Assembly: GCA_029953675.1 (NCBI GenBank)
Contig: JAMWBK010000003.1
Span: forward strand, 248,001-312,000
Source of the DNA: Rhodosorus marinus CCMP1338
Lineage: Eukaryota > Plantae > Rhodophyta
DNA length: 64,000 nt
Direction: 5' to 3'
The translations under genes and the position numbers were made by a program. Below are positions 63,783-64,000 of this stretch, in pieces. Every line of letters begins with the position of its first letter. Position 1 is the first letter of the stretch. The notes under the pieces were generated by a model. That model did not search any database. It saw only the letters and a program-made list of their open reading frames with translations, and was not told where the DNA came from.

Positions 63783-64000
63783 TCAGTGGTCCTGAGACCA
63801 TTGAACGCTTTTCAAATCTACTCCTTCCTGTACCATCTCCCACAGAGGTGACATCTTCCGCAGCCGTGTAACCTCTCGAACTGTCTGGTCGCCCACGAAA
63901 TCGATCTCTTCGCTCGTGGTGAATCTACCAATACCGAACCGGATTGACGTATGGGCGAGTTCATCATCCACACCTAGAGCTCGAAGAACGTAGCTGGGCT
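63783..64000 (-). CDS. NFS1: Cysteine desulfurase NFS1/IscS, 3' end only (gene continues beyond the window)
   Basis: '[32 protein letters not shown]...[16 protein letters not shown]'. Confidence 0.95.
   Translation of the reverse strand, partial: PSYVLRALGVDDELAHTSIRFGIGRFTTSEEIDFVGDQTVREVTRLRKMSPLWEMVQEGVDLKSVQWSQDH

Overview
This is a gene-dense, intron-rich eukaryotic nuclear region: about 50% GC in genes, short GT-AG introns of roughly 45-130 nt, and AT-rich intergenic islands. An algal, possibly red-algal, host is an inference from the SLT-type sulfate transporter and an 'MFV...' transit-peptide-like N-terminus. About 24 protein genes were reconstructed by manual splicing, so boundaries are approximate: an ABC1/ADCK kinase, VIT1, a DHX57-like helicase, PEX10, a YfiH/LACC1-like protein, an RbfA-like protein, an SLC13/SLT transporter, FANCE-like, FRA10AC1, RPC1, MOCOS, RIOX/NO66-like, an F-box+VWA protein, MogA, NOB1, RPUSD1-like, RPS10, a TM-RING-TM E3, eIF3b, NUP88, GDT1/TMEM165, the 3' end of NFS1, and one hypothetical gene. 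No rRNA, tRNA or CRISPR array was recognised. The best leads are: (1) an in-frame F-box + VWA fusion with an intact MIDAS site; (2) two apparent pseudoenzymes, a YfiH/FAMIN-like and an NO66/MINA53-like protein, each lacking its catalytic residues; (3) a stand-alone, bacterial-style, intron-containing MogA about 8 kb from the Moco sulfurase; (4) a hairpin-rich ~180-bp repeat family, tandem x3 plus one dispersed copy; (5) a palindromic GTCCGATAA array between the kinase and VIT1; (6) Ty3/Gypsy RT relics flanked by an inverted repeat. All family assignments rest on motif recognition from memory; no database search was run.
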